This document shows positions 63,340-64,000 of a stretch of DNA of 64,000 bases, in pieces. How positions within the stretch are numbered: position 1 is the first letter of the stretch; each line of letters opens with the position of its first letter. A program made the position numbers and the translations under genes. Source of the stretch: Mytilus trossulus (taxonomy: Eukaryota); contig NC_086374.1 of assembly GCF_036588685.1 (NCBI RefSeq), positions 10,726,001-10,790,000 on the forward strand, in the 5' to 3' direction. The notes beneath the pieces were generated by a model that ran no database searches, was not told where the DNA came from, and worked only from the letters and a program-made list of their open reading frames with translations.

Positions 63340-63770
63340 GTGATTAATTTTGCCCGAGCGATAGCGATATTGATATGCATCAATTATTTCGATTCTGATT
63401 AGGACATTTAAGGTAGTTTCTATGTTCGAAATGTACAAGTGTAGGGCGTTTGGGTAGGCTCTACCAAGAACCTTGGTGAAAATTTTCAGATGGAGGATTA
63501 TTGAACAGCCAGCATGAACGGTTGTCGTATCTAGGTCAAATGTGTCACATTCGAATCGCAACACGGTACAGTCATAATAATGAATTCGTAACAATTTGTG
63601 CATCATTTATGACTTTTGAAGAGTTTTAAGTTAATGAAATATATTAAATGCATGCCAATTTGATACAATTTATTTTTATGCAGTTGTCAATATACGCATG
63701 TGCAAACAAATTTTATTGGATTTAGAGCTTGGGTTTATTAACAAAGCGAAAGAAGCACATCATATTAGAA
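63340..63770. mobile_element. Relative of the 19576-20507 element with most of the hairpin deleted
   Basis: CGAGCGATAGCGA centre, ATTATTTCGATTCTGATTAGGAC, and terminal AAGCGAAAGAAGCACATCATATTAGAAT. Confidence 0.6.
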
Positions 63771-64000
63771 TTGTCTACATACTACATCTCCAAATCTTAG
63801 TATTGATATTGTTATTTTTTTTATATTATAATGGTCATTCACGTTAGAGATCATTGAATTAAACCAACACCTACGTCGTTGATTTTGCCTTAGCTTGTTA
63901 TCCTGTTTGATTCGACAGTAACTAACGAGTCTCTGGAAGTCTTACAAAATAAGCAAGACCAATAGATATCTGGATTTATTTATATGTATGTTGGTCATGT

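Overview
AT-rich eukaryotic genomic DNA. The repeat families look like those of a mytilid mussel (Mytilus-like; this is recognition, not a database result). There is one clear protein-coding gene: a minus-strand, 4-coding-exon rhodopsin-class GPCR (376 aa, 9382-18042) most like kisspeptin receptor KISS1R/GPR54. The rest is nested mobile DNA: Penelope-like retroelement (PLE) fragments of at least two families, a tandem hammerhead retrozyme, a tRNA-head SINE with a visible empty site, a CAC-ended long-TIR element with a 5-bp TSD (Transib/RAG-type signature), about 10 elements ending in long hairpins, MITEs, minisatellites and local duplications. The main discovery is that several interspersed repeat families each carry a circularly permuted (type-P5) twister ribozyme. 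There are more than 12 copies in the window, with three covarying pseudoknot variants and two palindromes in place of P1. One family is the 3' UTR of a PLE, and several copies sit sense-oriented in the GPCR introns. Also notable is an intronic minisatellite built from about 30 copies of the exon-2 end plus its splice donor.
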